Shown here piece after piece: positions 1-7,365 of a stretch of DNA of 38,167 nucleotides. Made by a program: the position numbers and the translations under genes. The notes beneath the pieces were generated by a model. That model was not told the DNA's origin. It saw nothing but the letters and a program-made list of their open reading frames with translations, and ran no database searches. The stretch lies in the NCBI GenBank assembly GCA_027295775.1, contig JAPUKG010000192.1, positions 1-38,167 of the forward strand. Reading direction: 5' to 3'. Position 1 is the stretch's first letter, and each line of letters starts with the position of its first letter. This DNA comes from Pseudomonadota bacterium (GTDB lineage: Bacteria; Myxococcota_A; UBA9160; UBA4427).

Positions 1-1578
1 TCGCCCGGGCGAGCCCGAGAGCTCGTAGAGCACGTAACGACCCTCTCGTGCGATCTCGCGGAGACGCGGCGAGCGCACGAGCGCAGTGTACTCGTCGCTT
101 CCGTCCACGACGATGAAGCTCGGCGCACGGTCGTCGAGATATCGGTTGACCCATTCGAGCGTCTCCAGATCCGGCGGCAGGGGATACCCCGCGTTCCCGC
201 AGAAGAGGTAGAGCGTCCAGGGGTCGTGGGCGGCGACAAGCGCGTCGTCGTCAATCAGCGGACAGAAGCGGCGCGCTACAGTGCTCCACTCGTCCTTGGC
301 CTGTCCCGATCCGGTGAGGCCCTGATGGATCGTGCCGTGTTTCCGAAAGGAGCTCCAGCTGCGGGCGGCCCAGTCGACCGACGCGGCCGCGCCGCCAGCG
401 AACATGAGGAGCGCCACCACGACGGGCACGGCACCGGCGATCCGCTTCCGGGTCGCCGCGTCTCCGGCAGTGCGGGCCGCCAGCCGCTCTCCCGCGTTCG
501 CGAGCAGCCCCGCCGTGAGCAACCAGACGCACACCACCGCGGGGAGCGGGTAGCGCAGGGGGTCGTAGCCGCCATAGCTGAGCGCGCCGGCCGCGACGAA
601 GCCCAGCGTGCAGAAGGCGAGGAAGCGCCTCTCGAAGGAGCCAGCACCACCGGCGAGGAGTCCGTGGGCCACTGCCGGGAGCGCGAACCACCCCACGTTG
701 TGGTAGACGGTCGAGACAAAGAGGATCCGGTAGCTGCGAATCGCGTTGTCCTGAATGTCGACCAGCACTTCGCGCCAGTGCTCTACCAGGAAGGAGGCCC
801 AGCCGATGTAGACGGTCTGGTAGCGCCACTGATCCTCTGAGCTCAGCGTCTCCGCCATCACCCCGTAGTGCTCGTAGACGGGGACCCCCGTAGAAGCGCG
901 GATGGCGAGGCTGGTCAGCTGCTGCAGGAGGACGAAGGAGCCCAGATACACCCAGAGAGGTCGCCGCCGCAGCGCGGTCCGCGGCCCCAGGTCGACGGCG
1001 GCAGCGAGCGCGATCGCGGCGACAACGAGTCCCAGATTGGGGCGCGTGAGCCAGGCGAGAACGGCGACCGCGGCGAGGCCCACAGCCCATGGAATCGAGT
1101 CGATCGCGCGCCTCGAGAGTGCCACCAGCAGGAGGAGCATCGCCACGGAGGTCGCCTCGGTGAGCATCTGCTGGGCCATCAGCACCCAGCCGAAGGACCA
1201 CGCAAGGAGCACCGCGAAGGCGAACGCCGCTGGCAGCGGCATCCAGCGCCGCGCGACGAGAAGCCCGGCCGCCCCGATCAGGCTCGCCCAGACGACGTGC
1301 GCGATAGCCAGGGTCGTGAGATCGGCACCCAGGGAGAGCGGCAGCGCGAAGAGCACCGACAGGACCGGCGAGCGAACCGCGGTCGCCGGCGCCGGAGGCG
1401 AGAGATCCGGCAGGTAGTACGAGTAGAGGATCGGGACCACGAAGCCCCGGCCCTCGAGCCAGTTGTGCGCGATCCCCACGTAGTCAACGGCGTCGGGCGA
1501 TAGGATCCAGGCAGCCAGGACGCCGGGCAGGGCGAGCAGCAGTGTTCCGAGGACGACTAGGGCGACGAGTAGCACCAT
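1..1578 (-). CDS. Polytopic membrane protein, putative GT-C-fold (ArnT/PMT_2-like) glycosyltransferase; 3' end lies beyond the window
   Basis: Minus-strand ATG at 1578-1576. The track lists no ORF in this frame, and edge-truncated ORFs are absent from the track. My hand translation of 1381-1578 is stop-free. N-terminus reads MVLLVALVVLGTLLLALPGVLAAWILSPDAVDYVGIAHNWLEGRGFVVPILYSYYLPDL: TM1, then an acidic D-x-x-D-Y...G-x-G loop as in ArnT/PMT-type enzymes, then many hydrophobic segments. Family name is from motif memory only. Confidence 0.6.
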   Translation of the reverse strand, partial: MVLLVALVVLGTLLLALPGVLAAWILSPDAVDYVGIAHNWLEGRGFVVPILYSYYLPDLSPPAPATAVRSPVLSVLFALPLSLGADLTTLAIAHVVWASLIGAAGLLVARRWMPLPAAFAFAVLLAWSFGWVLMAQQMLTEATSVAMLLLLVALSRRAIDSIPWAVGLAAVAVLAWLTRPNLGLVVAAIALAAAVDLGPRTALRRRPLWVYLGSFVLLQQLTSLAIRASTGVPVYEHYGVMAETLSSEDQWRYQTVYIGWASFLVEHWREVLVDIQDNAIRSYRILFVSTVYHNVGWFALPAVAHGLLAGGAGSFERRFLAFCTLGFVAAGALSYGGYDPLRYPLPAVVCVWLLTAGLLANAGERLAARTAGDAATRKRIAGAVPVVVALLMFAGGAAASVDWAARSWSSFRKHGTIHQGLTGSGQAKDEWSTVARRFCPLIDDDALVAAHDPWTLYLFCGNAGYPLPPDLETLEWVNRYLDDRAPSFIVVDGSDEYTALVRSPRLREIAREGRYVLYELSGSPGR

Positions 1579-1620
1579 CACCGCGGACCAATGTGTAGCG
1601 CTAGGATCAAGGGGCCGTCC

Positions 1621-1765
1621 ATCGGGAGAGCACGCTGCCGCGTCTCTTCGTTCTGGCTGTCCTGGCTCTCCTCGCCTTCGTGGTCGTAGCCAGCGGGCTC
1701 CGCGCGTGGGTCCCCTGGCGTGGCCGATCCGCGCAACCACTTCACCGACCGCCTGATACACTCGA
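1621..1765 (+). pseudogene. Duplicated, internally deleted 5' fragment of the SGNH/DltD-like gene at 3455..4522
   Basis: 1641-1718 matches 3482-3559 with 4 mismatches in 78 nt. 1719-1752 is identical (34/34) to 3841-3874, so the 281 nt between (3560-3840) are missing in this copy and the frame is broken. The position equivalent to the ATG reads ATC near 1621. Confidence 0.75.
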
Positions 1766-1800
1766 CGTGGTGGAGCGCTCCTTCCGCATCGTCCGCCACA

Positions 1801-2030
1801 GCCAGCGAGATCCTCGACCGGATAGGGCAGCTCCACACGATCGAGGAGGAGGCAAGGCGGGCGAGCCCCGAGTAGCGCCTGGCCAGGCTCGCCGCCCTGC
1901 GACCGTCATCGACGAGATCCGGACGTGGCTGATGACGCAGCGGGCACTGCAGTCGATAAAACCCTCTTCTGTCAAACGGGAATCGAGCGCGAGATCAGGC
2001 CCATTGCGGACCGCCGTACGGACTGGGAAC
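1801..2030 (+). mobile_element. Decayed remnant of an IS66-family transposase (C-terminal region only)
   Basis: Peptides are spread over three frames. ASEILDRIGQLHTIEEEARRASPE*RLA (codons from 1801; TAG at 1873-1875 sits where IS66 TnpC has SPEERLA). RPATVIDEIRTWLMTQ (from 1893). IEREIRPIADRRTDW (from 1982), compare the IS66 motif ERAIRPIALGRKNWLF. Stops, frame changes and an internal deletion show it is non-functional. Recognition is from memory of IS66 TnpC consensus. Confidence 0.45.
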
Positions 2031-2055
2031 CGCGCTGATTTTCCGGGACACGCCC

Positions 2056-2143
2056 GCGGGAGTGGCGGAACGGGTGACGCGCAGGATCTAGGTTCCTGTG
2101 GCGGAGCGATCGGCGGGGGTTCGAGTCCCCCCCTCCCGCACCA
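2056..2143 (+). tRNA. tRNA-Leu (anticodon TAG), class II, with encoded CCA; two atypical positions
   Basis: Hand-folded cloverleaf. Acceptor GCGGGAG/CTCCCGC is 7 perfect bp, with A73 and CCA at 2141-2143. D arm is GCG-GAACGGGTGA-CGC. Anticodon stem CAGGA/TCCTG has loop TCTAGGT (anticodon TAG at 2089-2091). Long variable arm. T arm is GGGGG-TTCGAGT-CCCCC. Overall very similar to E. coli tRNA-Leu as I recall it. Oddities: C instead of U at position 33, and one extra C in the 7-C run between T stem and acceptor stem. Confidence 0.75.
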
Positions 2144-2169
2144 GAACCCGTGACCCACACGAAGAGTAG

Positions 2170-3210
2170 ATGACTGACGAGCACACAGAGACCGAGCACC
2201 AGCGCGGTGCAGCTCGCGGCATCGCGCAGGGATGTCTGGTCTTCGGGGCCACGACATTTTCGCTCCTGTGGTTCGCGCCGGATCTGTTTCGCTTTCTGAT
2301 CGACACCGATTACGGCTGGCAGCTGGGCATGGGTCGCCAGATCCTGCTCGGGCGCTTCCCGGGCGTCGATCTCTTGTTGTTCTACGGACCTCTGGTCGGC
2401 TGCGCGAGCGCTCTCGCCCTGTGGCTGGCCGGAAGCCTGATCGGCGAGGTTGCGCTCTGCAGCCTGGGCTACGGGACGGCACTGTTCCTGATGCACAGAA
2501 TCGCTCGCAGATGGGTCTCCCCGATCGCTGGCTGGATCGTGCCTCTGGCTGGTCTGTTGCTGCTGGCCCGCTTCTACAAGTGGTCCTACTGGCTGTTCCC
2601 CGTAGCCGTGCTCTACAGCTATCACCGCTACCTGGATGGCGGGCGCGAACGCAGCCGGTGGTTGCTGATCGGGGGCCTGATCGCGGGCGTGGGCGGGCTG
2701 TTCCGTCACGACCTCGGCCTGGTCTTCGCGATCTTCCTACCCAGCCTTCTGGTGGCAGAGAGCTGGCACCTGAAACGCTGGCTGGTGGGCCGGGCGCCTT
2801 GCTTCTTCGGCGGCCTGGCCGCTCCCCTCCTGATCTGGTTGGCCGTGCTGGCGATGGCTGGTGGAACGGGGGCGGTCCGGGACTACTTCGTGGCGACCTT
2901 CGCTAGTAGCACGGGGTATGCCGAGAACTGGGCACTTCCCGTCCGCTTCTTCGACTGGACGGATCCCTTTTCGATCCGATCGGTCCAATCGGGGCTCTTC
3001 GTCGGACAAGCCATGTTCTTCGTCACCAGCGTGGCCTGCACCCTGATCGGCGGGCTGGGAGGTTTCCTGCGCCGCTCGAGAGGCGGCGAGCAACTCCGTC
3101 TGATGGCGGCGGTCGGCGTGCTGGCGATCGGGCTCTCGCCGCAAGGCTTCGTCAGGGCCGCGCCCTGCCTTCCTATCCACAGCTGCACTACTTCTCGGAG
3201 CGGCTGTTGA
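2170..3210 (+). CDS. Polytopic membrane protein (GT-C-like, paralog-like to the 1..1578 gene); probably frameshifted near its 3' end
   Basis: 346-aa ORF with many TM-like segments (FGATTFSLLWFAPDLF, LVGCASALALWLAGSLIG, IVPLAGLLLLARFY, LLIGGLIAGVGGLF, LAAPLLIWLAVLAMAGG, MFFVTSVACTLIGGLGG). The last ~20 codons (AAPCLPIHSCTTSRSGC) look non-protein-like, while the -1 frame continues plausibly into 3207..3458. Confidence 0.6.
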   Translation: MTDEHTETEHQRGAARGIAQGCLVFGATTFSLLWFAPDLFRFLIDTDYGWQLGMGRQILLGRFPGVDLLLFYGPLVGCASALALWLAGSLIGEVALCSLGYGTALFLMHRIARRWVSPIAGWIVPLAGLLLLARFYKWSYWLFPVAVLYSYHRYLDGGRERSRWLLIGGLIAGVGGLFRHDLGLVFAIFLPSLLVAESWHLKRWLVGRAPCFFGGLAAPLLIWLAVLAMAGGTGAVRDYFVATFASSTGYAENWALPVRFFDWTDPFSIRSVQSGLFVGQAMFFVTSVACTLIGGLGGFLRRSRGGEQLRLMAAVGVLAIGLSPQGFVRAAPCLPIHSCTTSRSGC

Positions 3211-3458
3211 GCGGCATCGTGGTCGGCTACCCGGAAGGAGTCTTCGAAGACGAGGAATGGCGGCTGCGCAACATGAGAAATGTCGAGCAGAACCCTCCGG
3301 CAGCGATTGTCATCCGCCGGGGTTCGTTCTCCAAGGACAACAAGTTCCGCCAGTCGCAACCAGAACTGACCCGGTATCTGATCTCACGCTACAAGCAAGT
3401 CGTGAGCCGGTACGGACCCTGGCTGATTCTGACGCCGGAGCAGGGAACGAGGCGATGA
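3207..3458 (+). CDS. Probable C-terminal soluble segment of the 2170 membrane protein, now in another frame (frame open from 2907)
   Basis: The frame reads ...LPSYPQLHYFSERLLSGIVVGYPEGVFEDEEWRLRNMRNVEQNPPAAIVIRRG...TRYLISRYKQVVSRYGPWLILTPE. It resembles the C-terminal tail of the 1..1578 protein (APSFIVVDG...REIAREGRYVLYEL). Its TGA (3456-3458) overlaps the ATG of the next gene (ATGA), typical of an operon member. Confidence 0.4.
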   Translation: MSGIVVGYPEGVFEDEEWRLRNMRNVEQNPPAAIVIRRGSFSKDNKFRQSQPELTRYLISRYKQVVSRYGPWLILTPEQGTRR

Positions 3459-4522
3459 AGAGAAACGTCTACCCCTTGCCGCGTCACTCCGTTCTGGCTG
3501 TCCTGGCTCTCCTCGCCTTCATGGGCGTAGCCAGCGGGCTCCGCGCGTGGGTCCCCTGGTCCGAGAGCTCGGATCTAGCGGCGCGCGTCCGGTATTTTGC
3601 CGCCCATCGAGACGAGTTCGAGGTGCTCTTCTTCGGCTCGAGTCAGGTGAGGCGCTCCCTGGCTCCCGCCGTGATCGATGCGGAGCTCCAGCGACGGGGC
3701 CACCCGCTCCGTTCGTTCAGCTTCGGAACCGAGGGGATGAACGGCTACGAAGCGGATGCGCTCCTCGAAGACGTGCTGGACATGCGCCCCCGCCGCCTCA
3801 CGTGGGTCTTCGTCGAGCTTCGCTACTGGCACCTCGACGGCGTGGCCGATCCGCGCAACCACTTCACCGACCGCATGGTGCACTGGCACACGCTCCGTCA
3901 GACCGCGGCGGTCCTGCGCAGCCTGGGCGGTCGGACCGAGCCGCTCGCGCACAGGATCTGGCGCGGCTGGGTCCATCTGCAGCACGGCTTCTGGCATTTC
4001 ACCAGTCTGGGCCAGGGCGCCCGTTCCCTGTCCGTCCGCGTGGATCCACCGGTGCCGGCCCAGCGGATCGCAGCGGAGCGGGGCTTCGCCTCGCTGGACG
4101 AGTGGCCGAGCCCGCACGCGGAGGAGGCTCGCTCGCGCTTTCTCCACGCACTCGACCCATACCGTCAGCGGGTCGCCCGGCTGAGCCGGTTTCGCGGCGG
4201 CGCAGTGCACAGCGAGCTCACAGACCGGATCGATCTCGACTTCCTGCGCAGCCAGGCGCAGCGGGTTCGCGCCGCTGGCGCGGAGCTCGTCTACTTCGTG
4301 ACGGCGATCCCCGACGCGGCTCCCGAGCTTCGGGAGCTGGAGCGGAGCGGCTCTCTGCCTGCCCCGCTGCTCTCCTTCAACTCCCCCGCTCGCCACCCGG
4401 AGCTCTATCGCGTGGACCACCGATACGACGGGGACCATCTCAACCGCCGGGGCGCCGAGGTCATGAGCCGCGCGTTTGCGGCCCGCTTCGCCCGAATGCT
4501 CGAGGATCCGCCCGGTCGCTAG
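3455..4522 (+). CDS. Membrane-anchored SGNH/DltD/AlgJ-like protein, presumed extracytoplasmic partner of the downstream MBOAT
   Basis: ATG at 3455 gives MKRNVYPLPRHSVLAVLALLAFMGVASG, an N-terminal anchor. FFGSSQV looks like an SGNH block I Ser and DGDHLN like a block V D-x-x-H. The stop TAG at 4520-4522 directly abuts the MBOAT ATG at 4523. The track ORF start 3257 is an off-target upstream extension. Confidence 0.75.
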   Translation: MKRNVYPLPRHSVLAVLALLAFMGVASGLRAWVPWSESSDLAARVRYFAAHRDEFEVLFFGSSQVRRSLAPAVIDAELQRRGHPLRSFSFGTEGMNGYEADALLEDVLDMRPRRLTWVFVELRYWHLDGVADPRNHFTDRMVHWHTLRQTAAVLRSLGGRTEPLAHRIWRGWVHLQHGFWHFTSLGQGARSLSVRVDPPVPAQRIAAERGFASLDEWPSPHAEEARSRFLHALDPYRQRVARLSRFRGGAVHSELTDRIDLDFLRSQAQRVRAAGAELVYFVTAIPDAAPELRELERSGSLPAPLLSFNSPARHPELYRVDHRYDGDHLNRRGAEVMSRAFAARFARMLEDPPGR

Positions 4523-5923
4523 ATGCTGTTCACAGAGGCGCGCTTCCTCCTGTTCTTCGCCATGGTCTTCAGCGCCTACTGGGCATTGCGTCGGAATGAC
4601 CTGCGCAAGCACCTGCTCCTGGCCGCGAGCTACATCTTCTACAGCGCCTGGGACTGGCGCTTCCTGTTCCTGATCCTCGGCTCTACCGCGATCAACTTCT
4701 TCGCGGTTCGCATCATGACGAGCCCGGAGCCACCTCTCAGCCGACGCTTCTGGCTCTGGCTCGGGCTCGCCGCGAACCTGACGACCCTGGGCTTCTTCAA
4801 GTACTTCGACTTCTTCGTGGAGTCGGCCTCGGGCCTGCTCGATTGGCTCGGCCTCTCCGTTCCCGCACGGACACTTCACGTGGTCCTGCCGGTGGGGATC
4901 AGCTTCTACACGTTCCAGTCCATGAGCTATACGGTCGACGTCTACCGCGGGCGGCTCGCTCCGACCCGGAGCTTTGCGGACTTCGCCCTCTTCGTGAGCT
5001 TCTTCCCTCAGCTCGTGGCGGGACCCATCGTGCGCGCCTCGACGTTCCTGCCCCAGCTCGAGCGAGCGCGCAGCTTCGCCAGTGTCGAGGTTCGGCGCTG
5101 CCTGGCGCTCTTCCTGCTGGGATTCTTCAAGAAGGCGTGTGTGGCGGATCAGCTCGCTGTGGCTGTGGACCCCGTCTTCGCGTCGCCGGAGCGCTTCGCC
5201 CCAGCCAGCAAGTGGCTCGCCGCCTGCCTGTATCACATCCAGATCTACTGCGACTTCTCGGGCTATACGGACATGGCACTCGCGACCGCGGGTCTTCTGG
5301 GATACCGCCTGACCCGGAACTTCGACTTTCCCTACCTCGCTCGCAGCATGCGTGAGTTCTGGCGCCGCTGGCACATCTCTCTCTCGAGCTGGTTCCGCGA
5401 CTACCTCTACGTTCCGCTCGGCGGAAACCGCGTGCCTCGTGCGCACATGTTCCTGAACCTGTGGATCGTGTTCCTGCTCTGCGGCCTCTGGCACGGCGCT
5501 GCGTGGAACTTCGTTCTCTGGGGCGCGCTGCACGGGTCGCTTCTGGCGGTCGAACGCTGGGGCGGGGGGCGCTGGCTGGACGCCGCACCGCGGCCGCTGC
5601 AGCACCTGTACGTGTCGGTCGCGGTGCTGCTGGCCTGGGTGGTCTTCCGCTCGCCGGACCTGGCGAGCGGCTTGACCTTCCTGGCTGGGATGTTCCGCTT
5701 CCATGGCTGGGCCAGCGAGGCGCCCGAGACGCTGTCCGCAGCGTGGGCCGCCCTGGCCCTGGCCCTGGCGGGGGCGCACGTGGCCGCGGCGCGCTGGCGG
5801 CCTCTCGCCCGGGTCGAGTCCCTTCCCGACTGGGGCTTCGCGTTGGCCTACGGGGGGGCCGTGGCGATGGTGCTGCCCTGGGTGGTGACCGGACACAATC
5901 CGTTCATCTACTTTCAGTTCTGA
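4523..5923 (+). CDS. MBOAT-family membrane O-acyltransferase (AlgI/DltB/PatA-like)
   Basis: MLFTEARFLLFFAMVFSAYWAL..., FYTFQSMSYTVDVYRG, FFPQLVAGPIVRA, RRWHISLSSWFRDYLYVPLGGNR, and LWHGAAWNFVLWGALHG with the conserved MBOAT His region. Confidence 0.92.
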   Translation: MLFTEARFLLFFAMVFSAYWALRRNDLRKHLLLAASYIFYSAWDWRFLFLILGSTAINFFAVRIMTSPEPPLSRRFWLWLGLAANLTTLGFFKYFDFFVESASGLLDWLGLSVPARTLHVVLPVGISFYTFQSMSYTVDVYRGRLAPTRSFADFALFVSFFPQLVAGPIVRASTFLPQLERARSFASVEVRRCLALFLLGFFKKACVADQLAVAVDPVFASPERFAPASKWLAACLYHIQIYCDFSGYTDMALATAGLLGYRLTRNFDFPYLARSMREFWRRWHISLSSWFRDYLYVPLGGNRVPRAHMFLNLWIVFLLCGLWHGAAWNFVLWGALHGSLLAVERWGGGRWLDAAPRPLQHLYVSVAVLLAWVVFRSPDLASGLTFLAGMFRFHGWASEAPETLSAAWAALALALAGAHVAAARWRPLARVESLPDWGFALAYGGAVAMVLPWVVTGHNPFIYFQF

Positions 5924-5949
5924 GCCGGAGGCTCCGAGAGGATCGAACG

Positions 5950-7353
5950 CTGAGCTCACGAAATCCCACGCGCCACGGGGCGGCCCTGTGCGGGCTCGCT
6001 CTGCTGGGGCTCGCCACGCTGGCGTTCCCGACAGGTTGTGAGCGCGGCGCCCGGGGCCCGCTTTCCGATCTGGTGCTGATCACCGTCGACACCCTGCGCG
6101 CGGATCACCTGGGGATCTACGGCTACTCGCGGCCGACGAGCCCACGGATCGACCGCTGGTTCGCGCGCGCCGCGATCTTCGAGCGCGCCTACGCGACCGA
6201 CTCGAATACGCCTCCGAGTGTCGTCAGCATCCTCAGCGGGAGGCTGCCCCAGGAGCACGGGGTGCGGATCTTCTACCAGCTCCTGCCCCGCGAGACCGCC
6301 CTCCTCCCCGACCTCCTTCCGGACGTCTACCAGAGTGCCGCCTTCGTCTCGAACCTGGTCCTGACGGACGAGGCCCTCGGTCTGGCGGAGCGCTTCGACC
6401 ACTACGACGACTTCGTGAGCCGCCGGGAGTCGTCGCGACTCTACTTCGAGAGGAGTGCCCGGGAGACCAGCGATGCCGCAATCCGCTGGCTCGAGACCGG
6501 CCGCGATCCCGATCGGCCCCTCTTCCTGTGGGTTCACTTCATCGATCCCCATGGTCCCTACCGGCCTCCCGCCGACGCCGAGACGAGGTTCGCTCACGAG
6601 GGCTCGCGCGACATCGATCCTCGACGCGTGAAGCGCTACATGCGCGAGCCGGGCGTCACGGACGGATTGGTGTACGTCGACCGCTACGACGAGGAGATCG
6701 CGTACATGGACGTCCACGTCGGGAGGCTGCTGGATGCGATTCCTCGCTCCGAGGAGGCGCTCGTCGTGTTCACCGCCGATCACGGCGAGTCCCTGATGGA
6801 GCATGAGCGCTGGTTCGCCCACGGCCATCAGGTGTACGAGGGGCTGATGCGGGTTCCCCTCCTGATCCGCGGCCCCGGGGTTCGGGGAGGCCGGCGCAGG
6901 CACCCGGTGTCGACGGTCGATGTGGTTCCGACTCTCCTGGGTTTCGCGGAGACCCGGGCGCCGCGCGCGCTCCGCGGTCTCGATCTCCTCGCGACGGGGG
7001 CGCAGGACCCGGATCGAGTCATCTTCTCTGAAGCCTTCGATGAAGTGGTCCAGTGGCGGTCGGCGCTCCAGGGGTGGCGCAAGTGGACGGGCCGCTTCCA
7101 GCCGGGCAGTCGCGTCCCGGATCAGCAGCGCTTCTACGACCTGTCGAGCGACCCCGATGAGCTCGCACCCGGGGACTGGGAGGGCGGCGGTGCGGGGGCA
7201 CGCGCGCTTCTCGACCTGGCGAATGGCGATCCGGATCCCGGCGGCGTACCCGTGGAGTTTCGGCGTGGCCGCAAGCTGGACGCCCCCAAGATTTCACCGC
7301 GTGCGGACGAAGATGCGACCGAGCGCCTCCGGGCGCTCGGCTACGTGGAGTAG
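5950..7353 (+). CDS. Sulfatase-fold (alkaline phosphatase superfamily) lipoprotein with Thr at the nucleophile position; start codon uncertain
   Basis: Signal and lipobox-like sequence SSRNPTRHGAALCGLALLGLATLAFPTGC, then LVLITVDTLRADHLGIYGYSRPTSPRID and DSNTPPSVVSILSG (Thr codon 6208-6210 where type I sulfatases have Cys/Ser). HFIDPHGPY and FTADHGES are also present. There is no in-frame ATG/GTG/TTG between 5800 and the signal peptide. CTG at 5950 follows GAGAGGA (5936-5942). The track start 5461 lies inside the MBOAT gene. Confidence 0.8.
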   Translation: MSSRNPTRHGAALCGLALLGLATLAFPTGCERGARGPLSDLVLITVDTLRADHLGIYGYSRPTSPRIDRWFARAAIFERAYATDSNTPPSVVSILSGRLPQEHGVRIFYQLLPRETALLPDLLPDVYQSAAFVSNLVLTDEALGLAERFDHYDDFVSRRESSRLYFERSARETSDAAIRWLETGRDPDRPLFLWVHFIDPHGPYRPPADAETRFAHEGSRDIDPRRVKRYMREPGVTDGLVYVDRYDEEIAYMDVHVGRLLDAIPRSEEALVVFTADHGESLMEHERWFAHGHQVYEGLMRVPLLIRGPGVRGGRRRHPVSTVDVVPTLLGFAETRAPRALRGLDLLATGAQDPDRVIFSEAFDEVVQWRSALQGWRKWTGRFQPGSRVPDQQRFYDLSSDPDELAPGDWEGGGAGARALLDLANGDPDPGGVPVEFRRGRKLDAPKISPRADEDATERLRALGYVE

Positions 7354-7365
7354 AGAGCGCGGCGA

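Noticed and set aside
1680-2153. 157-aa plus-strand ORF spanning the gene fragment, the IS remnant and the tRNA
   Set aside because: It is a chimera. It begins inside the duplicated fragment, changes meaning at the deletion junction, and reads straight through the tRNA-Leu gene.
5461-5949. Long N-terminal extensions in the track ORFs (5461.., 3257.., 16473.., 17908..18837, 21202.., 21854.., 24556.., 26573.., 32172..)
   Set aside because: Each extension overlaps the preceding gene in another frame and is Arg/Gly-rich. In each case an internal start fits better, because it is followed by a signal peptide, a conserved N-terminus, an SD or a stop/start overlap.
3575-5959. 794-aa minus-strand ORF antisense to the SGNH and MBOAT genes
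   Set aside because: Its composition is low-complexity Arg/Gly/Glu/Pro. The plus strand carries unmistakable MBOAT motifs and coupled start/stop signals.
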